This document shows positions 18,424 to 27,892 of a stretch of 64,000 nucleotides of DNA, one piece after another. The stretch is from Oscillospiraceae bacterium (lineage in GTDB: Bacteria; Bacillota; Clostridia; Oscillospirales; Oscillospiraceae), in the NCBI GenBank assembly GCA_015067765.1, contig SVLV01000003.1:36372-100371 (forward strand), written 5' to 3'. The number at the start of each line of letters is the position of its first letter. Positions within the stretch are counted from its first letter, which is position 1. The translations under genes and the position numbers were made by a program. Below the pieces are notes generated by a model, which saw only the letters and a program-made list of their open reading frames with translations, was not told the DNA's origin and ran no database searches.

Positions 18424-19308
18424 TTAGTAATCAATGGTGCCGTTGAGAACCTTCAGATCGTAGGGCTCAAAGACCACCTTGCGGTAGGCATCCACATCCA
18501 TCTTCACGCCGGTCCAGTCGGAATGGATCTCGCCGTTCTGCTTGATGAGGATGTCATAGAGGATGTCATAGGTGACACCGTCCTCCCCGGTCTCCACGAT
18601 GGTGGAGTAGGGCAGGGTCTTGTGGTAGGTCATGTGCAGACCCTTGTACTCGAAGTGGAAACCGTTGCGCATCCGGCAGCCGTCCAGACCACGGTAGGTG
18701 AACAGGCGGCGCAGATCCTGCAGGATGGGATCGTTGTCCTCCTCGTACAGGTTCTCCGGCGTGGTCTCCGTATAGTCGTAGCGGAACTGGATGGGGATGT
18801 TGTAGGGCAAAAAGCGCTCCACATAGGCGGGCAGCTTGTCTGCCGGGTACTTCTTGTACAGCACGCAGTTGATGCGCGTGGGGCAGGCGATGCGGCCAAT
18901 CACCTCATCGGGGCTCTCCTCCACGTACTTCACCAGATGGCGGGAGATGTTCATGCAGGTGATCTTGTTCTTGTTGCGCTCGGTGAAGGCGATCATCTCC
19001 TCGGCAGAGTACTTCTTCTGCACGGGGAAGGTGGTATTGATATAGATCTTGTGGGTGGTGGGGATGGCATCCAGCATGGTCTGCAGAGATTCCAGATCCG
19101 CCAGGGGCTCACCACCGGTGAAAACGAAATCGCAGTAGGGGGTGATGCTGTCCATGGTGCGGATGCTCTCCAGAATGGCATCCAGACTAAACCCGCTGCA
19201 ATCGGCATACTCCTGCTTGTTGATGCAGAAGGGGCAGTTATTGTTGCAGTCGTAAGGCACAAACACGGTAACAGTGGCGCCTCCGGCTCTGGTCTTATAG
19301 GGATTCAT
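18424..19308 (-). CDS. Radical SAM protein, function unknown
   Basis: CNNNCPFC (CX3CX2C), FTGGEP; RBS GGAGG. Confidence 0.88.
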   Translation of the reverse strand: MNPYKTRAGGATVTVFVPYDCNNNCPFCINKQEYADCSGFSLDAILESIRTMDSITPYCDFVFTGGEPLADLESLQTMLDAIPTTHKIYINTTFPVQKKYSAEEMIAFTERNKNKITCMNISRHLVKYVEESPDEVIGRIACPTRINCVLYKKYPADKLPAYVERFLPYNIPIQFRYDYTETTPENLYEEDNDPILQDLRRLFTYRGLDGCRMRNGFHFEYKGLHMTYHKTLPYSTIVETGEDGVTYDILYDILIKQNGEIHSDWTGVKMDVDAYRKVVFEPYDLKVLNGTIDY

Positions 19309-19492
19309 GGCGATCCTCCATATTATATCGGGCATGGGAAGCCCATATGCTCCCAGCCTAAAGTTAATTCAGCGACTATTGTATAACCAAATGGTGAAAA
19401 TTGCAAGGTGTTTCCGGGAAAAATGGCGGAATTTCTTGGGGGTGGAGGGAAAACAAAATATCCCCTCCGCATCGGGCGGAGGGGATAGTAGA

Positions 19493-20038
19493 TCAGTATT
19501 GGGGATCTTGCTGCAGTTCCCTGCGGATGGAGGCCAGAGCGGCCTCCTCCCCCTGCTCCTTCACCAGCAGCAGCCAACGGTCCAGCAGATCGGAGGTTTC
19601 GGCATGGATCAGGATGTGATCCTTGCTGCGCTGATAGTAGTCATAGGCGGAGGCGGGAGTGTACTTCTCCCCCTGATAGACCCGGCAGGCGGCGATGCGG
19701 TCGCAGAGCATCTCCGCCACATATTTCTTAGGCATCTTGCAGCCGCCCATCTGAACCGATCCATCCGGCTGAAGGCAGTAGTCGATCCAATACTCGAAGT
19801 GGTGGCGGTTGCGGCCCTTGTGGTGCAGCCACGACCGGCTGACACCGGTGGCCTGGCGCTCGGCGTCGTTGGGGCTGCGGAAGCCCTGATAGTAGCGGAT
19901 GCTGCGCAGAAATTCCGTGGGGGAGTACTTGCTCAGGTCGTGGGTCAGACCCTGCCAGTACAGGCCCAGACGGAAACAGTATTGCCGCACCAGCCGGCGG
20001 TGCCGGTTGACTGTGCGCAGATGTGCCCGAAGCTGCAT
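19493..20038 (-). CDS. DUF5662-like (HD-related) conserved protein
   Basis: GLTHDLSKYSPTEF, WLHHKGRNRHHFEYW, EMLCDRIAA. Confidence 0.8.
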   Translation of the reverse strand: MQLRAHLRTVNRHRRLVRQYCFRLGLYWQGLTHDLSKYSPTEFLRSIRYYQGFRSPNDAERQATGVSRSWLHHKGRNRHHFEYWIDYCLQPDGSVQMGGCKMPKKYVAEMLCDRIAACRVYQGEKYTPASAYDYYQRSKDHILIHAETSDLLDRWLLLVKEQGEEAALASIRRELQQDPQY

Positions 20039-20166
20039 GGGCTGCCCCCCTCTCAAAGTATTTTAGCCAGTATAGCACACTCGACAGGAAAATGGGAGCA
20101 TATTTTTCAGAAAATATGGACAGGGTGGGAGGGAAAGCAAACCTTGCCGCCTTTGACCAAATAGAC

Positions 20167-20195
20167 TTGCAATTGACCGGAGAATAATATAGAAT
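20167..20195 (+). promoter_or_regulatory. Sigma-A promoter of the polysaccharide operon
   Basis: TTGCAA-17-TAGAAT, ~200 nt upstream of rfbB. Confidence 0.6.
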
Positions 20196-20401
20196 TGTTA
20201 TGATTATGTATCTTGGGGGAGTATGGCTATTTTTTCGCAAAGAGCCCTTTGCGGTGTGCGAAAAAATGCCTGCCGGAGAACGGTTGGTCGGCTTTGCCGC
20301 CGCACAATTCCGACAATCCGCACATGCGCCGTGCGGAAACCGGCTGCGCCCTGTAATTTGCGAAAAATAATTTGAACTGGAAGATAAAGGAGAACAAGAA
20401 A

Positions 20402-21421
20402 ATGACCATCATCGTAACCGGCGGCGCCGGCTTTATCGGCAGCAACTTCGTGTTCCATATGCTGGACAAGTATCCGGAGTACCGGATCGTGTGTCTGGAT
20501 AAGCTGACCTATGCAGGCAATCTCTCCACCCTGAAGGGTGTGATGGACAAGCCCAACTTCCGCTTTGTGAAGCTGGATATCTGCGACCGGGAGGGCGTGT
20601 ACCGGCTGTTTGAGGAGGAGAAGCCCAACATGGTGGTGAACTTCGCCGCCGAGAGCCATGTGGACCGGTCCATTGAGAATCCCGAGGTGTTCCTGCAGAC
20701 CAACATTCTGGGCACTCAGGTGCTGATGGATGCCTGCCGCAAGTACGGCATTGAGCGCTACCATCAGGTGTCCACCGACGAGGTGTACGGCGACCTGCCT
20801 CTGGATCGCCCGGACCTGTTCTTCACGGAGGAGACCCCCATCCACACCAGCTCCCCCTACTCCAGCTCCAAGGCCGGCGCAGATCTGCTGGTGATGGCCT
20901 ATCACCGGACCTACGGCCTGCCGGTTACCATCAGCCGCTGCTCCAATAACTACGGCCCTTATCACTTCCCGGAGAAGCTGATCCCGCTGATGATCGCCAA
21001 TGCGCTGGCCGATAAGCCCCTGCCCGTCTACGGTGAGGGCCTCAATGTCCGCGACTGGCTGTATGTGGAGGACCACTGCAAGGCCATCGACCTGATCCTC
21101 CACAAGGGTCGTGTGGGCGAGGTGTACAACATCGGCGGCCACAACGAGATGAAGAATATCGATATCGTGAAGATCATCTGCAAGGCGCTGGGCAAGCCCG
21201 AGAGCCTGATCACCCATGTGACGGACCGGAAGGGCCACGATATGCGCTATGCCATCGATCCCACCAAGATCCACAAGGAGCTGGGCTGGCTGCCGGAGAC
21301 CAAGTTTGAAGACGGCATTCAGAAGACCATCCAGTGGTATCTGGACAACAAGGAGTGGTGGCAGGAGATCATCTCCGGCGAATACCAGAACTACTACGAG
21401 AAGATGTACGGCAATCGGTAA
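20402..21421 (+). CDS. rfbB: dTDP-glucose 4,6-dehydratase
   Basis: TGGAGFIGSNF, AAESHVDRS, STDEVYG, PYSSSKA, DRKGHDMRYAID. Confidence 0.98.
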   Translation: MTIIVTGGAGFIGSNFVFHMLDKYPEYRIVCLDKLTYAGNLSTLKGVMDKPNFRFVKLDICDREGVYRLFEEEKPNMVVNFAAESHVDRSIENPEVFLQTNILGTQVLMDACRKYGIERYHQVSTDEVYGDLPLDRPDLFFTEETPIHTSSPYSSSKAGADLLVMAYHRTYGLPVTISRCSNNYGPYHFPEKLIPLMIANALADKPLPVYGEGLNVRDWLYVEDHCKAIDLILHKGRVGEVYNIGGHNEMKNIDIVKIICKALGKPESLITHVTDRKGHDMRYAIDPTKIHKELGWLPETKFEDGIQKTIQWYLDNKEWWQEIISGEYQNYYEKMYGNR

Positions 21422-21434
21422 AGGAAGATTTTCT

Positions 21435-22346
21435 ATGAAAGTATTGGTCACAGGCATCAGCGGCCAGGTGGGCCACGATGTGGTGAATGAACTGATTCGC
21501 CGCGGCCATGGGGCGGTGGGTGCCGGCTCGTCTCCCGCCTATAGCGGCCTGCAGGACGGTTCGGCTGCCCAAAGTGCGCCCTATCGCCAGCTGGATATCA
21601 CCTGCGCCTCTGCCGTCCGGCAGGTGCTGCGGGAGGAGCAGCCCGATGCGGTGATCCATTGCGCCGCCTGGACGGCGGTGGATGCGGCGGAGGACGAGGA
21701 GAACCGGCAGCAGGTGATGGCAGTGAACGCTGCAGGTACCGGCTATCTGGCAGAGGGCTGCCGGGAGCTGGACTGTCCCATGGTGTACCTGTCCACCGAC
21801 TATGTGTTTGACGGACAGGGCACGGAGCCCTGGCAGGCGGACAGCTGTGACTTTGGTCCCCTCAGCGTCTACGGACGCAGCAAACTGGAGGGGGAGCAGC
21901 TGGTGCGAAAGACGCTGGAGAAGTATTTTATCGTGCGCATCGCATGGGTCTTCGGCGCCAGCGGAAAGAACTTTGTAAAGACCATGCTGGCCCTGTCGGA
22001 GAAATATGAGAGTTTGCGGGTGGTGTGCGATCAGATCGGCACCCCTACCTATACCCGGGATCTGGCCCGCCTGCTGGCGGACATGATCGAGACGGAGCGG
22101 TACGGTACCTACCACGCCACCAATGAGGGGGGCTACATCAGCTGGTACGAATTCGCCTGCGAGATTTTCCGGCAGGCAGGGAAGGGGACAAAAGTGCTCC
22201 CCGTCACCACGGCGGAGTATGGCCTGTCCAAGGCGGCCCGCCCCTTCAACAGCCGGCTGGACAAAAGCAAGCTGCAGGAGATGGGCTTTGCGCCCCTGCC
22301 CCACTGGCAGGATGCTCTGAGCAGATACCTGAAGGAGATTGAGTGA
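21435..22346 (+). CDS. rfbD: dTDP-4-dehydrorhamnose reductase
   Basis: VTGISGQVG, AWTAVDAAE, STDYVFDG, YGRSKLEGE, DQIGTPTY. Confidence 0.96.
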   Translation: MKVLVTGISGQVGHDVVNELIRRGHGAVGAGSSPAYSGLQDGSAAQSAPYRQLDITCASAVRQVLREEQPDAVIHCAAWTAVDAAEDEENRQQVMAVNAAGTGYLAEGCRELDCPMVYLSTDYVFDGQGTEPWQADSCDFGPLSVYGRSKLEGEQLVRKTLEKYFIVRIAWVFGASGKNFVKTMLALSEKYESLRVVCDQIGTPTYTRDLARLLADMIETERYGTYHATNEGGYISWYEFACEIFRQAGKGTKVLPVTTAEYGLSKAARPFNSRLDKSKLQEMGFAPLPHWQDALSRYLKEIE

Positions 22347-22347
22347 T

Positions 22348-22956
22348 ATGGGACAGATCACAGTAGAAAAGAACGTAGCGGGCATTGAGGGCCTGTGCGT
22401 GATTACACCGACCGTCCATGGGGACAGCCGCGGCTATTTTATGGAGACCTACAGCCAGCGGGATCTGGCGGAGCACGGCATCGATATCCCCTTCGTGCAG
22501 GACAACCAGTCCATGTCCGTGAAGGGTGTGCTGCGGGGCCTGCATTTCCAGAAACAGTATCCCCAGACGAAGCTGGTGCGGGTGATCAAGGGCAAGGTCT
22601 TTGATGTGGCGGTGGACCTGCGTGAGGGCTCTGCCACCTACGGCAAGTGGTACGGCATCCTGCTGACGGAGGAGAACAAGGAGCAGTTTCTGATCCCCCG
22701 CGGTTTCGCCCACGGCTTTCTGGTCCTCAGCGACACGGCGGAGTTCTGCTACAAGTGTGACGATTTCTACCACCCCAACGACGAGGGTGGCCTGGCGTGG
22801 AACGACCCGGCCATCGGCATCCTGTGGCCGGATGTGACGGGCACTTACCACGGCAGTGCCGCTGCGGAGGGATACACCCTCTCGGATGGTACGCCCCTGA
22901 ACCTGTCGGAGAAGGATCAGAAGTGGTCCTGCCTGGCAGATACCTTTCATTTTTAG
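22348..22956 (+). CDS. rfbC: dTDP-4-dehydrorhamnose 3,5-epimerase
   Basis: DSRGYFME, VQDNQS, GVLRGLHFQ, GFAHGF; alternative TTG start at 22339. Confidence 0.96.
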   Translation: MGQITVEKNVAGIEGLCVITPTVHGDSRGYFMETYSQRDLAEHGIDIPFVQDNQSMSVKGVLRGLHFQKQYPQTKLVRVIKGKVFDVAVDLREGSATYGKWYGILLTEENKEQFLIPRGFAHGFLVLSDTAEFCYKCDDFYHPNDEGGLAWNDPAIGILWPDVTGTYHGSAAAEGYTLSDGTPLNLSEKDQKWSCLADTFHF

Positions 22957-22968
22957 AGGAGAAACGAT

Positions 22969-24171
22969 ATGCAGCATGTGTTCATCGTGGGAGCCAAGTC
23001 CTTAGGCGCCTACGGCGGCTATGAGACATTTCTATATAAGCTGACGGAGTACCATCAGTATAACCAGCAGATCCAGTACCACATTGCCTGCAAGGCCAAT
23101 GGGGATGCTGCTATGGATGAGAGCGTACTGGTGGGCCTGGAGCGGATCTCGGAGACGGAGTTCCGGTATCATAATGCCCGGTGCTTCAAGGTTTCTGTGC
23201 CCAAAATCGGGCCGGCACAGGCCATCTGGTACGATGTGGCCTCGCTGCAGGCCTGCTGTGACTACATCCGGGCGCACAACATTCCGCACCCCATCGTGTA
23301 TGTGCTGGCCTGCCGGATCGGACCCTTCATGGGATACCTTGCCCGGAAGATCCGGAAACTGGGCGGGCAGGTGTTTGTGAATCCGGACGGACACGAGTGG
23401 ATGCGTGCCAAGTGGCCGGCCCCGGTGCGCAAATACTGGAAGATCTCCGAGGGGATGATGACCAAGCATGCCGACCGGATGATCTGCGACAGCAAGAACA
23501 TCGAGAAGTATATCCGGGAGAGCTACCGCCGGTATGCCCCTGAGACCACCTATATCGCCTATGGCGCGGAGACCCGCAGAAGCAAGCTGGCGGACGATGA
23601 TGAGAAGCTGCTGGCATGGTATGGCGAGAAGGGTCTGCAGGCCGGAGCGTACTATTTGGTGGTGGGCCGTTTCGTGCCGGAGAACAACTATGAGACCATG
23701 ATCCGCGAGTTCATGAAGAGCAAAACGGAGAAGGCCTTTGCCATCATCACCAATGTGAATGAGAAGTTTTTGGAGGATCTGGAGCAGAAGCTGCATTTCC
23801 GTGCCGATCCCCGGATCCGTTTTGTGGGCACGGTATATGATCAGGAACTGCTGATGAAGATCCGACAGGATGCCTACGGCTATTTCCACGGCCACGAGGT
23901 GGGCGGTACCAACCCAAGCCTGCTGGAGGCCCTGGGCAGCACGGAGCTGAACCTGCTGCTGGATGTGGGCTTCAACCGGGAGGTGGCGGAGGAGTCCGCC
24001 CTGTACTGGAGTAAGGCGGAGGGCGATCTGGCGGCGCTCATCGAGCGGGCAGACCGTATGCCGGCAGAGGAGCGGGCCGCAATGGGCCGGAAGGCCAAGG
24101 AGCGCATCGGCACGGCCTACAGCTGGCAGTTTATTGCCGACGAGTACGAAAAACTGTTTTTGGGTAAGTAA
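22969..24171 (+). CDS. GT4 rhamnosyltransferase, Cps2T/WchF-like (DUF1972)
   Basis: YGGYETF, NPDGHEWMRAKW, GRFVPENNYE, HGHEVGGTNPSLLEAL. Confidence 0.9.
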   Translation: MQHVFIVGAKSLGAYGGYETFLYKLTEYHQYNQQIQYHIACKANGDAAMDESVLVGLERISETEFRYHNARCFKVSVPKIGPAQAIWYDVASLQACCDYIRAHNIPHPIVYVLACRIGPFMGYLARKIRKLGGQVFVNPDGHEWMRAKWPAPVRKYWKISEGMMTKHADRMICDSKNIEKYIRESYRRYAPETTYIAYGAETRRSKLADDDEKLLAWYGEKGLQAGAYYLVVGRFVPENNYETMIREFMKSKTEKAFAIITNVNEKFLEDLEQKLHFRADPRIRFVGTVYDQELLMKIRQDAYGYFHGHEVGGTNPSLLEALGSTELNLLLDVGFNREVAEESALYWSKAEGDLAALIERADRMPAEERAAMGRKAKERIGTAYSWQFIADEYEKLFLGK

Positions 24172-24193
24172 GAGAGAACCGGAAGGAGGGGCC

Positions 24194-25387
24194 ATGAAGG
24201 TCTTAGTGATCCACAACCTGCACCGCAAGGGTTCTGCCAGCGGGGATGACCAGGTGTTCAAAAGTGAAACGGCCCTGTTGGAGCAGCACGGCCATCAGGT
24301 GGTGCGCTATACCGACAACAACGATCGCTTTGACCGATTGGGCCCCTTGGGAAAGCTGGCGGCCATCGGCGGCATGCTGTGGTCCTTCCGCAATAGCCGG
24401 GCCGTCAGGGAAATCATCCGGAAGGAGCGGCCGGATATTGTCCATGTGCACACCTTCTTTCCCATGCTCTCCCCCTCCATCCTGTACGCCGCACGCCGGG
24501 AGGGCTGCAAGGTGGTGGCCACGCTCCACGACACCCGCTTCATCTGTCCCTGTGCCACCTCTCTGCGGGGCACGGAGCTGTGCAACCGGTGCGGGGACGG
24601 CAAGTACCTGCGTATGTGCCGGTACGGGTGCTTCAAGGGCTCCCGGCTGCAGAGTCTGCCGGTGGCGCTGATTTTCACCTATCACCGGCTGCGCCGCAGC
24701 TTTTACCGGCAGATCGACCGGTATATCTGCCTCAATGACAATCAGATCCGCCTGCTGAAGCAGATCGGGTTTGAGGAGAAGAAGATCGTCAAGAAATACA
24801 ATTTTGTGCCGGATGCACAGGCCAACATCGCAGCTGCAGTGCCGGAGGGTCTGCCGGAGCGGTACGCCGTGTTCTACGGCCGCATCGGTGAGGAGAAGGG
24901 CATCCGTGTCCTGCAGCAGATCTGGGAGCAGCTGCCGGAGATCCCGCTGGTGGTCATGGGCGGCGGTCCTCTGGAGGAGGAGTTCCGGGCCTGGGCACAG
25001 GAGCGGGAGCAGGTACATTTTCTGGGTTACACCCAGCATGACAAGTGCCTCGCCATCGTCAAGGGTGGAGAATTTGTGGTGTTTCCCTCCATCTGGTATG
25101 AGGGCTGCTCCATGGTGGAGATCGAAGCGGAGAGTTTGGGCCGGGCCATTGTGGCCACGGATCTGGGCTTTTCGCAGGAGGCCATCACCGACGGCATCAA
25201 TGGTTATAAGGTGGCTCTGGGGGATGTATCCGGTTTCGTGTCCCGGATCCGCCAGCTGTGGGCCGATCCGGAGAAGTGCCGCACCATGGGCGAGGCGGCC
25301 CGCCGGGAATATGAGGAGAAATATCTCCCGGAGGACAACTACCGTCAGCTGATGGAGATCTATGAAAAGACCCTTCGGGGGGAGTGA
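24194..25387 (+). CDS. Glycosyltransferase family 4
   Basis: GRIGEEKG, PSIWYEGCSMVEIEA (EX7E). Confidence 0.9.
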   Translation: MKVLVIHNLHRKGSASGDDQVFKSETALLEQHGHQVVRYTDNNDRFDRLGPLGKLAAIGGMLWSFRNSRAVREIIRKERPDIVHVHTFFPMLSPSILYAARREGCKVVATLHDTRFICPCATSLRGTELCNRCGDGKYLRMCRYGCFKGSRLQSLPVALIFTYHRLRRSFYRQIDRYICLNDNQIRLLKQIGFEEKKIVKKYNFVPDAQANIAAAVPEGLPERYAVFYGRIGEEKGIRVLQQIWEQLPEIPLVVMGGGPLEEEFRAWAQEREQVHFLGYTQHDKCLAIVKGGEFVVFPSIWYEGCSMVEIEAESLGRAIVATDLGFSQEAITDGINGYKVALGDVSGFVSRIRQLWADPEKCRTMGEAARREYEEKYLPEDNYRQLMEIYEKTLRGE

Positions 25388-26043
25388 GTAAGATGAATGA
25401 GAGAATTGCCGGGACGGACCGGCTGAATATCCTGCTGCGAACCGGGGTAAAGTTTCTTCGAGGCTGTGTCCGTCGCCTGTTTTTGAAGGAGGCACACGGC
25501 CTGCTGCTGGTGGGCCGGCATGTGACCCTGTCCCACGGACGGCATATCCGCTGCGGGAAGAATGTGAAGTTTGAAGATTATGCGGAGATTCACGGCCTGT
25601 GCAGTGAGGGGCTGGTTTTTGGAGACTATGTAACCATCAGCCGTGGCGTGATGATCCGGCCCTCCAGCTACTATGGGGGGGATCTGGGCGCGGGTTTGGT
25701 GATGGGGGAGCACTCCTCCATCGGGCCCTACGGTTATGTGGGCTGCTCGGGGAAGATCACCATCGGGAAAAATGTGATGTTCGGTCCCAAGTGCAGCCTC
25801 TTTGCCGAGAACCATGTGTTTTCGGATACAGAGAGCAGCATCAAGAGTCAGGGTGTGGCCCAGCGGGGCATCACCATCGAGGACGACTGCTGGATCGGCA
25901 GCAATGTGACCATTCTGGACGGGGTGACCATTGGAAAGGGCTCTGTGATCGGGGCGGGTACCCTGGTGACAAAGGATGTGCCGGCCGGCAGTATTGTGAC
26001 AGATAAAAGAGAAAAAAGGATCCGCAGCAGAGAAACGCAGTAA
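25384..26043 (+). CDS. Hexapeptide-repeat (left-handed beta-helix) O-acyltransferase
   Basis: IEDDCWIGSNVTILDGVTIGKGSVIGAGTLVTKDV. Confidence 0.9.
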   Translation: MSKMNERIAGTDRLNILLRTGVKFLRGCVRRLFLKEAHGLLLVGRHVTLSHGRHIRCGKNVKFEDYAEIHGLCSEGLVFGDYVTISRGVMIRPSSYYGGDLGAGLVMGEHSSIGPYGYVGCSGKITIGKNVMFGPKCSLFAENHVFSDTESSIKSQGVAQRGITIEDDCWIGSNVTILDGVTIGKGSVIGAGTLVTKDVPAGSIVTDKREKRIRSRETQ

Positions 26044-26071
26044 AAGCGCTGCGGGTTCCGGAGGATAGACT

Positions 26072-26929
26072 ATGGATCGGGAAACATTGCGGAAAGTGCA
26101 GCTGGTGCAGCTGGAGATCGCCAAAGAGGTCAAACGGGTCTGCGAGGAGAACGGGATCTCCTACTGGCTGGATTCCGGCACCCTGCTGGGCGCCGTGCGC
26201 CACAAGGGATTCATCCCCTGGGATGATGACCTGGATCTGGGCATGCTGCGGGAGGACTATGAGAAGTTCCTGCAGATCGCCCCGGGGAAGCTGAAAGAGG
26301 AGTATGTGCTGCTGTGCTGGCAGCTGGATCCGCAGTATCCCCATCAGTTTGCCAAGGTGATGAAGCGGGGGACGGTATACCGGGAGGAAGCCCACTATGG
26401 CAGTTCCTTCGATGGCATCTTTGTGGATGTGTTCCCCTATGACCAGATGCCGGATGAGCCGGGAGAGATTCGGTGGGTGGGCTTTCGTCTGATGGCCTAC
26501 CGGGCCATGATCCGGGCCAAGTGCGGCCACAGGACCTGGACGGTCAACGGAAAGTTCTATGTGAAGCGCTGGTTGAAGAATCTGCCCTTCCGTTTCCTGA
26601 GCCTGTTTTTCGGCAGAAGAGCTCTGCGGGAGCGGTCCGACCGGCTGTCCTGCCGCTACAACGGCACAGAGTTTGCGTACTGCACACCTCAGGGTGTGTT
26701 TGACTATCCGGAGTGGCGGATGCCGCTGCGGTATTTCACCGAATTGACCCAGCTGCCCTTTGAGGGGGAACGGTTCTCCGTTCCGGCGGATTACGACGGC
26801 TATCTGACCTGTGCCTATGGGGACTACATGACCCCGCCTCCGGAGTCGGAGCGGGAGGACCGTCACTCCATCGTTGAGGTGAAGTTCGGCGATGAGAGTG
26901 ATACATACACCTGTGTGGAGCGAAACTGA
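26072..26929 (+). CDS. LicD-family phosphotransferase
   Basis: GTLLGAVRHKGFIPWDDDLD, IFVDVFPYD, YGDYMTPPP. Confidence 0.95.
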   Translation: MDRETLRKVQLVQLEIAKEVKRVCEENGISYWLDSGTLLGAVRHKGFIPWDDDLDLGMLREDYEKFLQIAPGKLKEEYVLLCWQLDPQYPHQFAKVMKRGTVYREEAHYGSSFDGIFVDVFPYDQMPDEPGEIRWVGFRLMAYRAMIRAKCGHRTWTVNGKFYVKRWLKNLPFRFLSLFFGRRALRERSDRLSCRYNGTEFAYCTPQGVFDYPEWRMPLRYFTELTQLPFEGERFSVPADYDGYLTCAYGDYMTPPPESEREDRHSIVEVKFGDESDTYTCVERN

Positions 26930-26961
26930 GCCATACAGGCGTGGTTTTGAAAGGAGTTTCC

Positions 26962-27834
26962 ATGCAACGTATCTCTGTAATCTCCCCCCTCTATCGGGGT
27001 CAGCCCTATCTGCAGCAGCTGATCGGGGTAGTGGAGCGAAATGTGGCCCGCCTGCAGGCAAGCGGTGTGGAGGCGGCGGTAGAACTGATCCTGGTCAATG
27101 ACCTGCCGGGAGACGAACTGACGCTGCCGGAAGGGGATTATGACTTCCCGGTGCGGCTTTTGCACCATGAGGAGAACCGCGGCATCCACGGCGCCCGGGT
27201 CACCGGTCTGCTGCAGGCGCAGGGGGACTATATCCTGTTTCTGGATCAGGATGATGTGGTAACCGATGACTTTCTGTGCCGGCAGCTGCAGGGGATCGGG
27301 GATGGTGATGTGGTGGTGGCCAATGCCTGGCTGGAGCAGGCGGATGGCTCCCGTGTCCTGCGCTATCCCAATGAGTTCACCCTGAAGAAGGTGACCAATC
27401 TCCGTGCCTATACCAAGTCCTACAACCAGATCGTCTCGCCGGGTCAGTGTCTGATCCGTAAGGCGGCGATCCCGGAGGAGTGGACGCAGTTTATCACCCG
27501 GCAAAACGGCTCGGATGACCTGCTTTTGTGGGTGATCCTGCTGTCCCGTGGAGCGAAATTCGCCCTCTGCCGGGAGGCACTGTATACCCACAAGTACACC
27601 GGGGTGAATCTGTCGGCGGAGGTCAGCAAGATGAACCGATCCTCGCTGGAGATCGCCGAATACCTGGCGAAGATCCCGGGTGTTTCGGAAAAGACAGTGG
27701 CAGATCTCTGCCGCTCCAGAACCATGGATCAGCAGTGGTCGGAAGTGGGTACGGCAGGAAAGCTGCGGCTGATGGCCCGGAATCCGGACCTGTTTTTGTG
27801 CCGGACCTACTGGAAACTGAGAAGCAAACTATAA
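26962..27834 (+). CDS. Glycosyltransferase family 2
   Basis: ISVISPLY, LILVND, NRGIHGAR, FLDQDD. Confidence 0.9.
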   Translation: MQRISVISPLYRGQPYLQQLIGVVERNVARLQASGVEAAVELILVNDLPGDELTLPEGDYDFPVRLLHHEENRGIHGARVTGLLQAQGDYILFLDQDDVVTDDFLCRQLQGIGDGDVVVANAWLEQADGSRVLRYPNEFTLKKVTNLRAYTKSYNQIVSPGQCLIRKAAIPEEWTQFITRQNGSDDLLLWVILLSRGAKFALCREALYTHKYTGVNLSAEVSKMNRSSLEIAEYLAKIPGVSEKTVADLCRSRTMDQQWSEVGTAGKLRLMARNPDLFLCRTYWKLRSKL

Positions 27835-27892
27835 CACAAGGGCGGCATCGTTGCCGCAGATGCGGGTATATCCCGCAAAAGGAGACCAAAAC

